Shown: positions 49,323-62,990 of the stretch, in pieces
How the letters are laid out: every line of letters starts with the position of its first letter
Position numbering within the stretch: the first letter of the stretch is position 1
Assembly (NCBI GenBank): GCA_028534125.1
Contig: CM052832.1
Coordinates: 34,410,001-34,474,000 of the forward strand
Direction: 5' to 3'
DNA: 64,000 nt
DNA from: Lama glama
Lineage: Eukaryota
Translations under genes and position numbers: made by a program
The notes under the pieces: generated by a model
Told to the model about the DNA's origin: nothing
Database searches by the model: none
The model's input: only the letters and a program-made list of their open reading frames with translations

Positions 49323-51942
49323 AAAAAGAAACACACGACCCCTAGGAAAGTGTGCAGCTCCTCCAGGTCTGTGTCGGGCCCTCCCCTGGCCTCGTGGGAT
49401 GCTGGCCACAGGCCACAGTAGTCAGGCTGCCTGGGTGGAGGCCACGGCCTGAGTCACAGCCTCAGGCCCTTCGTGGTTCCTGCCTACCGAGTTTCTCCTT
49501 CTCTGTCTGGCTGATGGGGCCGTCCCGACTTGACGCAGCTCCTGCTGGACAACAAACAGTGACCCCGCGGCATCTGGGCACTTCCGGTCCTGCTGTCCCC
49601 ACGGGAGCCACCCCCACGCCCTGGCAGCCTTGCCCGCACGTCTGCTCACGTTTCCTTACTGAGGTTCTCATCCGTAAGAAGAACCAATTGTTTTAATTGG
49701 GCATTTAATAAACAGAATTAATATTTTGCAAACACAGCAGTGTTTTCCAAATGCCCTTGTGCTTCAGAGTCAGCGTCCTGGGAGGTCTGTGCTCCTTGCT
49801 CCCACAGGTGAAATAACAGCTGGGACCTCCAGAATTCTGCTGCCCAGAGTCCACGCGGTGGCACAAAACTGACACAGGTGCCCACGTGCTGGCCGGGGAT
49901 AAACAGAAGCACATGTTCCGAAAGGACACAAGACTTCGCTTCTCAGAACGCGGCTTCGGAAGCCTGGTCAGCTTTGTTCCGCACGTTGGTCGACACCTGA
50001 CGCGCAGGGGACCCGCTGCGGGGCCTCGCGGCCAGGCCACCTGGCTTCCCTTAGCTCGTTTATTATTATAAACCGTTTCAAAGCACTTTGGGGATTTTAA
50101 AGAAAGGGACAGATTGTGAGCTCTGCTCTGAGTGTGGTCCTGCCGGGAGGCCAAGCAACTCTTTAAAGGTCCTTTAATGACACGGTCTGTCTTAACTGAT
50201 ACTTTCCTTTTAAAAGCAACTGTCCTTTTGGGGAGAGCCCAGAAAGGATATTAGGGATTATGTTTGAATGAAAACACTGGGACTTGCTTTCCTATGCCCC
50301 TTTTTTTCAGGGAAGAAATCCTCTTGGAATGTGGGACAGAAATGAGCTGGAGAGCACTAAATCCAAGTATCGCAACGCCAGTCTCCGAGTCACAGGTCAG
50401 CACAATGGCAGGGCCCCAGTGCTCGCCTCCCTGTAGGGAGACGGGGCCAGGACGTGCTTGGCTGCGTGACACGGACGGGTGGTCGGGAAGCTGGGATTCT
50501 CCTGTGAAAACAAGGCCAGGGGCCCACACATGCCTGTAAATCTTCTCGAGGAGGCCTTCCAAGGCGTCTCTGTGCCGCCACCCGCAACTTCCCCGCCAGG
50601 GTGTAGGCGCCTCTGACTCCTTAAACTCCCCTCAGTGACACAAGCGTGGGCCCTGCTGTGCTGTCCCGACCTGAGGCTCGCTTGGCCGGCCTATCAGCCA
50701 CCGTCTGAGAACAGCCTCCCAGCTTAATACGTCATCGTCTTCCAACCACCCAAACTATGTTGGCCTCTCCTCACGCAGCCTCCAAAATGAGTGTGGACGG
50801 GTGAATTTCGGGACGGCCAAGCGCGGGATCTCAGAAACACAGAAACGGGCTCTGAGGCGACCAACACAGTCCTCCAGCTGAGCCCACGCTCACCTGAGTC
50901 CGGCAAAGTGCTCACCTAGTTTGACAACTGCAGGTCTGCAGAGCTGGGCTGGAGTTAACCTCGATTGTGGAGGAAAGTATGCGGGAGTTGCCAGGGGCAC
51001 TGCCTTCAAGCACGGCCTCCCCCCAAGTCTGCACAGCACGTGGTGCTGGCAATTCTCGTGGGAACGCGTGAAAAGTTCATTTCTCTACCCGGAGTAAGTA
51101 TTTCTCCTTGTACTAACTGAATCACTCCACATATTAAAAAATGTAAGAAGCACCCTATTTATGGAAAAGTTTACTGCTCAAATGCAGAAATAGGAAGAGC
51201 CCAAACAGAGTAAGACTGGTTTGCACGGAATTTCTCAGACGCCCGGATGACAGCATAAGTCGGAAGCGAACTCTGAGCGGCGCGGCTGGTGCATTAGACG
51301 ATCGCCTGGTCTGTCCCTGACCCGCTCCCGCCCAACACCTGTAAATCGCCTTGGAAACCGTGTGTAAAGCGTACATCTCGTATCGCAAAGGTAGGAAGCT
51401 CAAGCTGCATGAGAGTCGGAATTTTATTGGAATTTCTTCAGCTCAGGCCTTTCCCCTCGAAAATGTGGGCAATTCACTTCCACCACTTTTTGTAACTTGT
51501 GGAGTTTGGCAGCAGCTAACAAGGTGGCCAGGGAGTCGGGAGGCATTGCTGGGTGAAGAGGTGAGGCCGACAGTGTCTGAACTTAACGGTCTTTGAATCC
51601 ACTTTTACGTTAGTTCCCTGGACAAATGGAGGAATCGGAGCCCCCCAGTTGCTCCAGTGGCCCTGACCCAGAGGCAGGACTGGACGGGGCAGCGCAGCCA
51701 GCTGGTTCCGCAACCCCAGGTCAGCGAGGCGGTTCTGGGCTTCCTTCGCTCGATAGCGGGCTCTCTTCTTTCCACAAGTGATTTGCTGCTAAAAGCATCT
51801 AAAAGCTTCTCAATCAGAGAAACTCTCTCCCAGGCTCTTTTGCACCAGTCCTTCCAGAATGTGTCCTCAACTGGAGACCCCTAGCGGGGTGCTGGGTTCT
51901 GCCCATCCCTGTCAGCCACCTGTGATCGCTTCTAACTTCTTG

Positions 51943-52062
51943 CCTGTCCTCTGTCTGTCCCTCTCGGTCTCTCTGTCTCTCTTCCCATCGGTTTCTCTAT
52001 CTCTCCATCTTTCTCTCTCTGTCCCTCTCTCTCCCTGTCTCTCCCTCTCTCTCTGCCTCTCA
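51943..52062 (+). repeat. Degenerate (CT)n microsatellite
   Basis: ctctgtctgtccctctcggtctctctgtctct...ctctctctctgcctct. Confidence 0.85.
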
Positions 52063-55000
52063 GTAGTCGAAGGCCAGGAGGATGGTGTCCAGTCCCCACA
52101 GCACACAGACTGTTCAGGGGACTGTAAAGGAGCTCAGAGACCTCGCCGGGAGCAGAAAAGTGGGAAGCCTTGAAGGGGCTCCTCAGTCCTCACAGCCCAG
52201 ACTCGGGGATGCTCAGAGTAGCACCCAAGAGAGCGTCCCGCCAAACTCCCGGACACACTGCCCTCCTTTCTGTAAGTGTGAGAAGTTCACCACGATTGTA
52301 AGTCAGCACCGAAGTGAGGCCGTCAGAGAGCTGAGCACGTGCGCCCAGTGGACGCGGACCCAGGGCTTCAAGTCCCCGGGCTCCGAGCCTGCCCTCCCCC
52401 CACTCTGCGTCCCTCTGCTGTGCGAGCTCCGGGCAGTCGGTGAGAAGCCAGCGCGTGGCTCACAGGGATGCGCCATGAAGCTGCCAAGGGCCTGGGAAGC
52501 GTTGCTCCTTTGTCCTTTCTGTTGCTGTTGCTATGCCGAGTCCTTGCTGCAAACGTTTCAGCATCTCTTTTCCAAATACACTGCGTGTCTACCGCTGAGC
52601 CAGAACCTAGACTCCCCTAAAAGCTCCATCTGCCTGTCGGCAGTTCCTTCACGTCCTTCACAAGCTCCCTTTGGTGTGAAAGCACTTCAGGTTCCTTTGC
52701 TCCTGGTGCCCCGGGGGACGGACAGGTGTGGCATGACCTCACCAGGCAGGTGGCCGTCAAAGACTCGGGACATGGCGACCCCAGATGGTGAAAGCTGTGT
52801 GGCTCCTCCTCCCCCACGAGTGCGAACTTCCTGTCACCTCTTTCTTAATTAAAAAAAAATTACTCTTCATTTAAACTCAAGTTTAACCATCGTTTTAAAG
52901 ATGACTTTTTAAATCACTCAGACGTGAGAGCAGCAGTTCTAACCAGTAACAACTCTCCCACGCGAATCTCCACCTGCAGCTCAGAGCGCCTTCCTGCTGA
53001 CTGTGACGAGCGTCCGGCTGTCCCGGGTCCCCTCTCCCGGCCCCAGTCCTCCGAGTCGCCGCGGCTCTGGGCGGCGCAGGCTCCCCAGGGTGGAAGCTGT
53101 TCGCTGGGAAGTCCTCCAGTGACTGGACGCCGAGTCCAGGAGGAGCGGGAAGAGGACCGGACAGGGTCCCAGGGAGGACGCTCCCCCCACGCAGAAAGCA
53201 GCCCCTGCACTGCATCGCTCATCAGGCGCTTTGTCCATGAGCAGCCCCGATGTGGCCTCGCTTGTGTATTACTTATTCTCTGCCCACCACCCTGGCGGCA
53301 GCAACCTGAACCCACAAGCTGCTTAACTAAGAAAAGCCTGGCAAGACGCGAGCAGCTCCCAGGACAGGGCCTCACCGTAGGCTGGTCACACACCCGCTAC
53401 CTGGAGCTCCAGATCCTCCACCGACGGTCCCCAGAGCCTGCAGCCGGGGGCCCGGGGACACAGTGGGCCTGGAGTAACCGCAGGTCGAGAGATCCCAGCA
53501 GACCACAGCACTCCACTTGTAAATTATAATTTTCCTCTCTGTGGAAGAGAACATTCAAGACCTATACAATTCCCTTACTTAGAAATGAAAACAAGTTATT
53601 TTTTGCTCTCCTTTCTCGAATTGCTCGGAGGTGAAAAAATGTTAAACGGATAATATCTTTCAACACTGAATTGATTTCTCAGCTTCATTTAAGCACAGAA
53701 ACTACGTGCCAGATGGCAAAACCGGCATGTTCTGTTGAAAGATTGCAATTTTATTCTTATAAGAAAAAATAAAATAAGCGTTTTTCCACGTGGTCTGCTC
53801 AGCGGGAAGGAAAGTTTATACATTCTCATTCCAACAATGCCGCCTTTGACGAGGAAAGTGACAATCGCTCTGAACGTATTAACTGGACGCTTCTGAAAGC
53901 AGGAACCGTGCTTTGGTTCATTCCGCCACAGGGTTTACGTGGAAAGAGAAAAAGCAGAGTCAAGAATCACGAATACAGTAAAATTTATCTTAGCGCCGTT
54001 GGACATTTAAAGACTTTCTGAAATGCATTTCACTTTCAATCATGTTATGACCGTGTTCCATTCAATATCCTGAGCCTCGTGCTATAAAATGGGAACGTGC
54101 CCCTGGCTCTCTCCTCCCGGGAGGTCATTCACAGCTCTGCCCATCTTGGGTGAGACGGGCGCGGCCCGTTTTCACAGCTCATTCCACTTTATGTGACGTC
54201 CGTAGTCCCTGCACTTCACTTCCATAAAGCGCTGGGCCAAGGAACCCGGCCGTGAGCTAAGAGAAAAGCACGATGCTTGTGCGGAGGGACCACACAGTGA
54301 AGCGATACACAGATCTGAGCTGCGAGGTGTGAAGAAGAGGGGGGCACGGGAGGAGCAAACGCATGCAAGACGACCAGCAGGCGAACATGTCTCCGAGCAG
54401 CAAAAACCGCCCTTCCTGCGACAGCTCAGCTGTTGCTGGAGAAGACAGGACCTCCCCCGTTTCTTCGAACAAAAATTCAAATGATGACTAAAGCAGATCC
54501 TTGGAGGAGATACGTGTTCCGATAACGCAACAACCTCTCGGTCTAAATGCGGGTTCAGTCTGCTCGTCTGGGGTCACGGGGTGAGCTCTTTTCAGCTCCA
54601 GGTTGGGTTCTTCCCTCTGCTCTCTAAAACACCCGTGTTTTGATGCCTCATCAACCCTGACCGTTTCTGGCCCGGAAACGACAGCCTGCTTGGCGTGTTG
54701 TGCTGAAACGTACTTTCAACCTTCTCACGTAAAATAGCCCAATGAAGATGCACTTACCTACAATATCAGATAAATTTCAGAAGAGCCATGTTATAGTTTT
54801 GTTATGACATCCAAATCTTCTGCCTCGAGTGTCAGAGTTTTTCCATCATTTCCCTCTTGATGAAGCCCCTTCACCATAATCTCTCACAGCATAGTCAGCG
54901 GCCCTGAAATTCACCAGATGTCAAGCGGATCCCTGCCACACGTGGCTCAAGCGGCAAATCACCCAGTCGACGCTCTGAACGTCAGATGCTGAAGTACCGC

Positions 55001-55603
55001 GTGTCCCGGGTCAGGTCTGAGCTTTTAGGTCTTCCAGTCCTATTTCTATTCTGACACCAATGAAAACAGCACGAACTAAGGGAAGTAGCAGGCTCCTGGG
55101 TCTTTCCATCAGAATGGAGCCTGCAGCACGGTGCTTCTTGTTCTCATGGCACTCGGATGTGCCAGACTTTGGGATGTGGGTCCCGAAGCCATGTCCCAGA
55201 GCAAGGGCACCGGCATCTCCCGGAACAAGTTCTCCCCCGGCAGAGACGCTCTCCTTGACCCAACTCGAGCCACTTCCACAAGGTCCACTTCTAGCCGGAA
55301 GCCTACCGTCCACACCTGGTCTTGGCCGGTATCTGAGATCCTCACCCCCAGCGCCCCAATGTCCCGCCTCCCTGCCGGCCCTCAGCAGGACTCCCGTGGG
55401 GTCGGCTCAGCCAGAACCATGATGATTCTCCCTAGTGATTCTCCAGCACTGGCCCCAGCTGCTCCTTGGCTGTAACGCCTGCTTTCCTCGTGTGTAGAGC
55501 TGAGCCTGGTCGCTCCCCTCCGCTGCCAGACCCCACGGAAGTAGCCCCTTGAATACAGTCTCCCATGCCTTCTGTAACAAGCGTCAGAGTCATTTTTCAC
55601 TTT

Positions 55604-55713
55604 AATGCCCCTCCCAGACCTACTGAATCAGACACTCTGAGTGTGGGGCCCCTCATCTGTGGCTTGTCAAGCCCTCAATGGGTTCTGATGATTCCTTAGA
55701 TTTGGACCCACTG
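55604..55713 (+). mobile_element. MER5A-like hAT-Charlie DNA transposon, 3' half
   Basis: cccagacctactgaatcagacactctgagtgtggggccc...caagccctc...ttctgatg...ccactg. Confidence 0.85.
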
Positions 55714-57649
55714 CTCAAAACGAGACACTGAGGAGCACACTCCTTCTGCAAAGATGGCGCTCGGGCAACGGGGCAGGTGCGGGAACGTGGGGAAGGTCAA
55801 ATCCTCGTCCCAGGGGCCGCCCGTCTGGAGAGGGCACCCACCAGCTTTCCCCAAAGTTGAGAAAGGTGACCAAGGACCCCTGGAGAAACCGTGATCCTTT
55901 CATGGATCAGATGGAAGTAATTTAAGGTCTGGATTTAAATACTGAGCCAGCCATGGCTCTGAAAACCCCAGAGGACAGTGGCTGAAATTCTAATTGTCAG
56001 GATCAGTTCTGCGGTTCTGTACTGACCTGTGGTTTCACAGGAGAAATGCCCACAGCTGCAGAGGAAACCGCAGAGGTCTGGAAACGGCAGGCAGAGGTAA
56101 ATTCTGCAAATGGGGACAAGGAGCCCCAGAGAAACATCCGAAGGGGAAAAATGCATTCCCCAGCCGGGGACATACTGGATGCTTAGTCAGGGAATGCACT
56201 GGTGAGAAGGGGAAGGGGCTCCTTGGCTTCAGCTTCACAAGGAAATGGCAGTTAAAACCTGTATTTTTATTTCCATTAAGGCTGGTTAAGAACATAAGAC
56301 AACAGAGGGGTGACTTCAGAATCTGTTACTGTTTCAGTTTCTATTTTGGTTCCATTTGTAAATCTCGACAGACATTAGGAACTTACACGTCTCTGCAAAT
56401 GTTTTAAAATATTGAAACTTTCCTAACAGACCTGCTTTTGCAAGAGAAATACTCAGACAAGGAGAACACTTCACTCTCCAGCTTCAGCATTTTGACCATG
56501 ACTCTCAAATCTGCCCCCAGGAGACCGTCAGCAAGCGGAAGCGGTCAGTTAGGACGAAGGTTTGTTCAGATTTTGTGCGACGCTTCCTTCTGAGGAGCCC
56601 TGACACTCCCTCTGGTGGCAGCTACTCCGGCGCTGGAAGGGCGTTTCAGGAGTCTGTGCGACAGGACTTAGTGTGAACTTGCAAATCCAAAAACTCTCCG
56701 TGACTATTGTCTGCCCTCCAGAAAGAGCACCTTCTCCTTCATCCTCTCGAGGCACAGGGAGAGGGTTTTACTCTGTGGCAGATCTCTGGTCCAATATTTG
56801 GATAGTCATTAAATTCTTTAAGTTATTCCTTAAAGTTATAAATTTCACGTTAATACTTACAGGTCATTCATATAAGGCATTCAAAGACGGTGTTCAGTAT
56901 TCACGGCACAGAAGGACAAAACTCATTAATTACGAATTATTCTACAAAGATTAATGAGTTGTCTACAGACAAACTTTAAATCTTGGCAGTTTTAAAACAT
57001 TTCAAATCAGAAGAAAACTTTAACTCTCCAACTTGGACTCTCCCAGCCCTGTGATTTGTGCTCCTAGCCCCTTCTCCCAGCCTGCTCGGGAGCTTAGCCC
57101 CTTCCCACAGCCTGTCCCCCGACCACACCGTCCCAGCAGCACCCACACAAGCCCACACCTGCTCATTCCGAACATCCCCGCTCCACGTCCCCTCCGGCCA
57201 CCTACCCACAGTTCCCCCTCCCTCCTCTGGCAAAACGTCCCACACCCTCGCCTCTTCCACACGCTATGGGGTGTCGGGTCTCAGGGAGACTCGGCTGCAC
57301 TGATGCACGTGGGACCAACATGAAGGCGATTTTCAGTCCAGGAGGGAGATGGGGGGCCTGAGCTAGGGCCCTCCAGCGGGCTTGCTGAAGGGGGAGCCAC
57401 TCAGAAAGACCACAGCGTCCCGGACAGTGGAATGGGGGTCAGTGGAGTGGGAGGGTCTTCACCTGCCCAGGCTGAGGTAATGGAATGCTTAAGCCCAGAA
57501 ACGTCTCTCCCCTCCTTGCTCCCCACCGCGCTCTCCCTGTGGCTTCTGACCACACCCACACGGAAGCACACCTGTCTCAGTCGCCAGGACCTCCAGATAC
57601 CACCTTCCACGGGCAAGTGGGGACCCACTTTACTGGACTCCCCGGGGGG

Positions 57650-58040
57650 ATGACGCAGCAGATCACACCTCTGGCTTGAAGCACCATTTCCCTTAGAAGG
57701 AGCATCATCTCGGCCCCCTGCCCCCTGCCCGCTGTCTTCCTGCCCCTCCTCCTGGCTCCCTCCTCCCAGCTCCCTCCTCCCTGAGTCTCCTGTGCCCACG
57801 ACATCCTCCAGGACCCTGGCTTGACAGAACAGATCTGTGTCTCTGGCTCTGACTTTTGCCCCCCAACTCCGGACTCGTTTGTCCAGCTGGACACCTCTGC
57901 TTAGAAATCCAACGAACGTCTCCCATGAAGCACTCCCAAAGTGGAATTCCTGGTAGTTTCCCTCCAGCCTGCTCCATCGCAGTAAATGGCACCAAATCCA
58001 CTGATTCGCTCACTGCACAGATAGAAATGGTGCTACTACC
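57650..58040 (+). mobile_element. LINE-2 fragment
   Basis: cagatctgtgtctctggctctgac...ccagctggacacctctgcttag...cagtaaatggcacca. Confidence 0.55.
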
Positions 58041-58976
58041 GACACGTGTGTGTTTACTGGAGGCCACGTGCTGTTCTCAACAGGAAGCCTGGTCGTACTT
58101 CAGGTTCACGTTTTCCGGTTGGACTCCCTCTTGCCTCAGTTGCTCTTGCATGTGGAAGGAGCACACCCGAGGGAGCAGCTGACGAGCCCCCTCCCGCCGC
58201 AGACCTCACCCACCCCTGCTGCCCGTGGCGCTGTGGGTCTGCCACCCGAGCACCTTTGTCCCCCCTGACAACACCATGCCCCCCGTGGTAGGATGAGCCA
58301 GTGGTCATACTCGCCAGGCCGACAGAGCCCTGGGACAGAGAGTCCACGGAAGACGCTGCCTCTCAGGCTTAACCACGAGGAAGCGCTCTGGGCCCTAGCC
58401 GAGAGCCGCCAGGTAGCAACGCAGCAGCAGGGCTTCCCGGTGATCCCAGCCATGCTTCCAGCTCTGCGCCGGGAAGCCCCGTGACAGAGCCGTGCTTCGG
58501 GCCCGGCGGGTATCTGGTGGCGGCCGGGACACGGGTGCACCTCTGTGCGGGGTCGTGCCTGTCGGAGGCCGTCACGACTCCAGGCAAACATGCTTGACTG
58601 CTTAATGATAACTGCCCTCAAAACACCACAAATGTTTCCAGCGCCCAGAAATGTTTATTTTTTATACTAAATTAAATTCATTTTCTCCCTCATTCCCTTT
58701 GAGGAAGAGGGTGACAACTCAAATTCAGAGTGGGCTGCTCTGGACGTAGCCCTGAGCCACCGCCTCTGAGCCGGCCCTGGTCCGGTTTTCGTTTCAGCAG
58801 AAGGAGGTGAGGTTGAGGGGCTTAAGGGCAGGAGAAGAGGAGGCAGCAGGCGCAGTGCCCTGGGCCCACTGCCTCGCACGGTCCACGACAAACGCCTACG
58901 ATGGGAAGAAGAGAAGGAGACAGATCTCTGAGGAGAGTCTGCTTTGTGCCAGACCCCACGGTGCTGGGAGACAGGA

Positions 58977-59092
58977 GATCTCACCTCCATTCAGCGCGTT
59001 GGGAAGCTGGAGTGCAGAGGGCTCCGTTCACCCAAAGCAACCCCGGGCAGAAGCCGGCTTTCGGCACAGGTGCTTGGGCTCCAAAGCCCACT
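58977..59092 (-). mobile_element. MIR SINE fragment
   Basis: ctccattcagcgcgttgggaagctggagtgcagagg...cacccaaag...ggcagaagccgg...ctccaaagccca. Confidence 0.45.
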
Positions 59093-62000
59093 GCCATCTA
59101 TTTATGTTCATCGGCGCTGCCCCCAGTGCTGAGAGCAGCGAGACCTGATCCATGCCGGGTCTGTGTATTTCATTTACACACGTCGTTCTGGCCTTTTCTG
59201 TGCTAGTGGGTTTGTTGCTGCTTGAAAATCCACATTGGACCGGCGGACGGTTGCAGATGAGAACCGGAGGCTCTTCCCACAGGGCTGCAGCCCTGGGGCA
59301 CTCCGGCAGACAGACGCCCTCAGGAGAGCAGGTCCCTCCGAGATGCGCTTTCCCTGGCTTTTCCTGGTCACGGAGGACCCGGCTCTGTGCCCTGGGGACG
59401 GACAGAGCCCTGCAGGAGCTGAGGCAGGACCCAACCGAAAGGAAGGCACGGCTTGTAAGTCAACATCAAATGACGATCAGATATGGCTTTTTCAAGCTTT
59501 TAAAGCTTTTAGTCGCCGATGGACTTGTACAGGCACGCACGGTTGCACGGAAAGTGCGATGACACGTGGCTTAGCTGGGAAATATGACCTTCAGGGGATG
59601 GGGACACTTGACTTGCTGCTCGGGAAACACCGTCACAAACGTTGCGCAGACCTCGATGCTGACTCTGATTTTCCCTGCACATTCCAGGCAGGCCTGGGGC
59701 CCTTCACTCCGTAAGCATGCGCATTTCCTACAGTCTGCAAAGCAGGGCAGGCCAGCCACACCTGCTGGCTCGCTTCTCACTCGGGTTTGCGTCCAGAGCT
59801 GTGCTCAGGGTCTCGGGATCACAGCTGGGCCAGACGCTGCCCTGCCTGAGGGCCTGGCATCAGGGTGGAGATGAGGACGTGAGAGCAGAGGAGCCGGGCG
59901 AGCAGGGATTCCAGCCCAAGTGTGAGCAAAATGCCGGAGGTGAGCCAATGCCAGGACCTCCTCTCCCATTAACAGAAAACAAAACAAACAGGCTTTTGCC
60001 CTGATGCAGTAAATACTAATGCTTGGAATTAAAGGTTTGTCCTGGAAAAGGCAAACGCTTTATGAAACACCCTCAGCCTGTCGACCACAGTATGTCTGAT
60101 GACCGTGAATCAGCAGGGCCCATGGCCATCCCTGCTCTCTGAGCACGGAGCTCCTGCTCATCCTGCAAAGCCCAGCAGAAAAGCTGCCTCCTCCAAGAAG
60201 ACATCCTTGATCCCCTGAGTATGCTCTGTGCCGGCTTTCCTACTGTCTTACAAATAGACGACTTTCTAACTTGTCACGGTGGCTTTTTCTGGCTCTCACC
60301 TTCAGGAACACATGGCCACTGTGGAGGCTACCAGAAGTTACCCAAGAGAGAAGGCGCCTCGTCCCCTTATTCTGGAGGCCCCCTCCTCTAGAGGCAGCCC
60401 AGCGGCTGTGTCTGGACTCAATCAAATGGAAGCCCTCACAGGGCACTTGGCCCCATCGCTGCGGGACCTGCGCTTCCTGGGTGTCCCTGCTGCCCCTTTC
60501 CGTGGGCCCTGCAGCTGGACGCGTGGCCACCTGCCCCCGTGAGCTCACTTTTCAAACTTAATACGAAAAACTAGGGCCTGGTGACAGCAAAGCTGTGCAT
60601 GGAGAGGGAGCTGCCTCCGCTTTGGCAGCAACACCACCTCGCCGAGGCTGGGCTTCACTTCCGTAACGAGCGGCCCTGAGCGGCGGGGTCTGTGACGGCT
60701 GATGCCTCCGTCACTCCCGTGCTGCCGTCCCGGCCGCGGCTCTGCCCCGTCCGCTCTTCCCTGGACCTGGGCGAGGAAGCGGCCTTTGCCTGGAACCATG
60801 CCGACGCCCTGGGAGGGTCAAGGAGGTGACCTCCTGGCGGCTCCTCTCGCTTCCTCCTCCGCTGCTCCACTGTCAGAACCAGTCCCCAGCAGAGAATGAC
60901 CAGACAGGACCAGGAGCCTGGAGGAGGCAGGGGCAGTTTTAACCATCATTTCATCCACCACAAGCTGTGAGAAGATGTGGACACCGAAGCAGCCCATAGA
61001 GAGCAGCAGACCAGGGGGTCCCTGTTGAGTTTTAGCAGCAACACAGCCACGCAGAGTTCCAGGCCTTCACTGTCCACCTGTGAGGTCAGATGGGGTCCTC
61101 GGTGTATCAAGGGCTCCTCCAGCTCTGCCGTTGAGCCCAAAGCCTTCCCTCGAGGGTGTGGGTTTGGTGTCTTGTCCAAGGCCGGGGGCCACACCACCTC
61201 TGTGAGTCCCAGGCCCCACCAAGAATGGTGCTTGAGAGCAGTGGTTAAATAAGTGAGCTAACCCTCAAGGCGAGCTTACACTTCAGGGGAATTCATCAGA
61301 TACTTTCCCGGGAGCAGCTTCGATGGCCTCAGCCATGGCGGTGAAGGAGAGAAGAGAGAAGAAACGAAACACAGCTCGTGGTAGTGGGGAGGGCAGCCAC
61401 AGCCCGCAGGTCGGACCCCCAGCCCTGGGAGAGGCCCCCGTCTCCCAGGACACGGCCTGGGCTTCCCCGCAGCTGAAGCTTGCTCAACTCACTAAGCGTG
61501 AAGGCACTGGTATTTTGAAACCATTGCAAATATAAGAGGGTTTTTCTCCCCTGTTCCTTATTTTGGGTAGGAAAACTGGGTACAGAGCACATCCACAGAC
61601 CGTTAGAATTCAATGAGAGGAAATGCTGCAGTGCTGTGTGAAGACGAAATTCCTGGTTCTACTGTGAAAAGGAAATGATAGCCTTTCGAACGTAACAAAA
61701 TAGCTGATTTGTCAAGAAAATGCTCTCAACCAGAAGGACTCCACCAGGGAGAGAAACGCAGTCAGAGCTTGGGTCCCACGGACTCGGTTTTTGTGGGGTG
61801 ACGAGCAATCTTTTTCTGAGAGCCGTCCTGCGTTTGTGACAGTAACAACACAGCGTTATCACCGAAGTGACTGCAAGTAGTGTGGATTTGAGGTTTATCT
61901 CCAGCTGGCGCGAAGGGCCCTGCCTCCTGCTTACCGGGTGCCTTCCTGCGCCACAGCTGCAGCGAGGCAAGATCGCCCGTGAGTTTGCCCCCATTTAGCA

Positions 62001-62599
62001 ATTCTCGTCCACGCTAAAGTCCTCAGCTGTTTCACTCCTCACTTGTAAGAATAAATTGCATGTGCAGATTTCATTTCTATCAATGCAGTGAGAAGGTGAT
62101 CAAAGAATTTAGTGTCGTTTGAAATCAAATACAGTTAGACCCACAGCACAGATAAAATCCATCAAAATAATAGGGGCTGTTTTGTAAGCTCAGCCGACAT
62201 CGTGCGGCTGGAAAACTAACCCTTTTTCCTTAACTAACTTCAACGTAATGAGCTGTAAAACTCCGCTTGCAGCCATGAAATCTGAGAAGTGAAACAGAAC
62301 GGTGAAGGGATGAGGCCGGAGTCAGCACGAACATGCGGACCCCGAAGATTCTGCATTTTCCAGATTTCTGCTTGTGGCTTTCGTGTATCACCTTCAAACT
62401 AGTCGTTTGAGCATTTCAGAAAAACATATTTAAGGAAAGAGGCTTTTCAAGCATAACCTTCTACTCCCTCAAGAAATCTGTGCTCAGGACACGGGGGCGC
62501 TCGCTTTGGGGAGGGAAGAGGCCCCCCTACCTCTCGGCTTCATGACACACCCCAAAGGCTGCCCGCAGTGCCACCACGTAGGAGGCAAGCGCTTTAAAT

Positions 62600-62990
62600 C
62601 AAAAGCATTTTACGATTTCTGACTGACTGTCCGGAGCACGGCTGTTCGCAGGGGCTGAGCCTCGAACGTGGGGGATGGTGAGAGTGCTCGGGAAGCTTCT
62701 GTGTAAACGTGCAGTGCCTCTGGGACGCTCAGGTGCCTCTTCACCACCGAACCCCAACTGGAGCTCGGCAGCGGCGGCGGCGGCAGCGGCAGCGGCGGCG
62801 GCGGCAGCAGCAGCAGCAGCGTGGGCAGGACGCGATGCCCACCGTATCGCCTCGGGCGTCTGCAGTTTTCCTTGAAGGCGGGCCACCCCCAACTGTGCCT
62901 GCAGCCCCCCCCCCGCCCGCCCCGCCCCGCCCCCCGGCCTCCTGCCTCCTGTCCCGCTTCGTGTCCACGACCCTGCCCGGGACCTGGGAT
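62600..62990. promoter_or_regulatory. CpG-rich segment with clustered GC boxes (promoter-like)
   Basis: Dense CpG; cccccccccgcccgccccgccccgcccc at ~62905-62935 gives several Sp/KLF sites. Confidence 0.5.
62768..62821 (+). repeat. Mixed (GCG/GCA)18 trinucleotide repeat
   Basis: gca (gcg)4 gca gcg gca (gcg)4 (gca)5 gcg. Confidence 0.95.
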
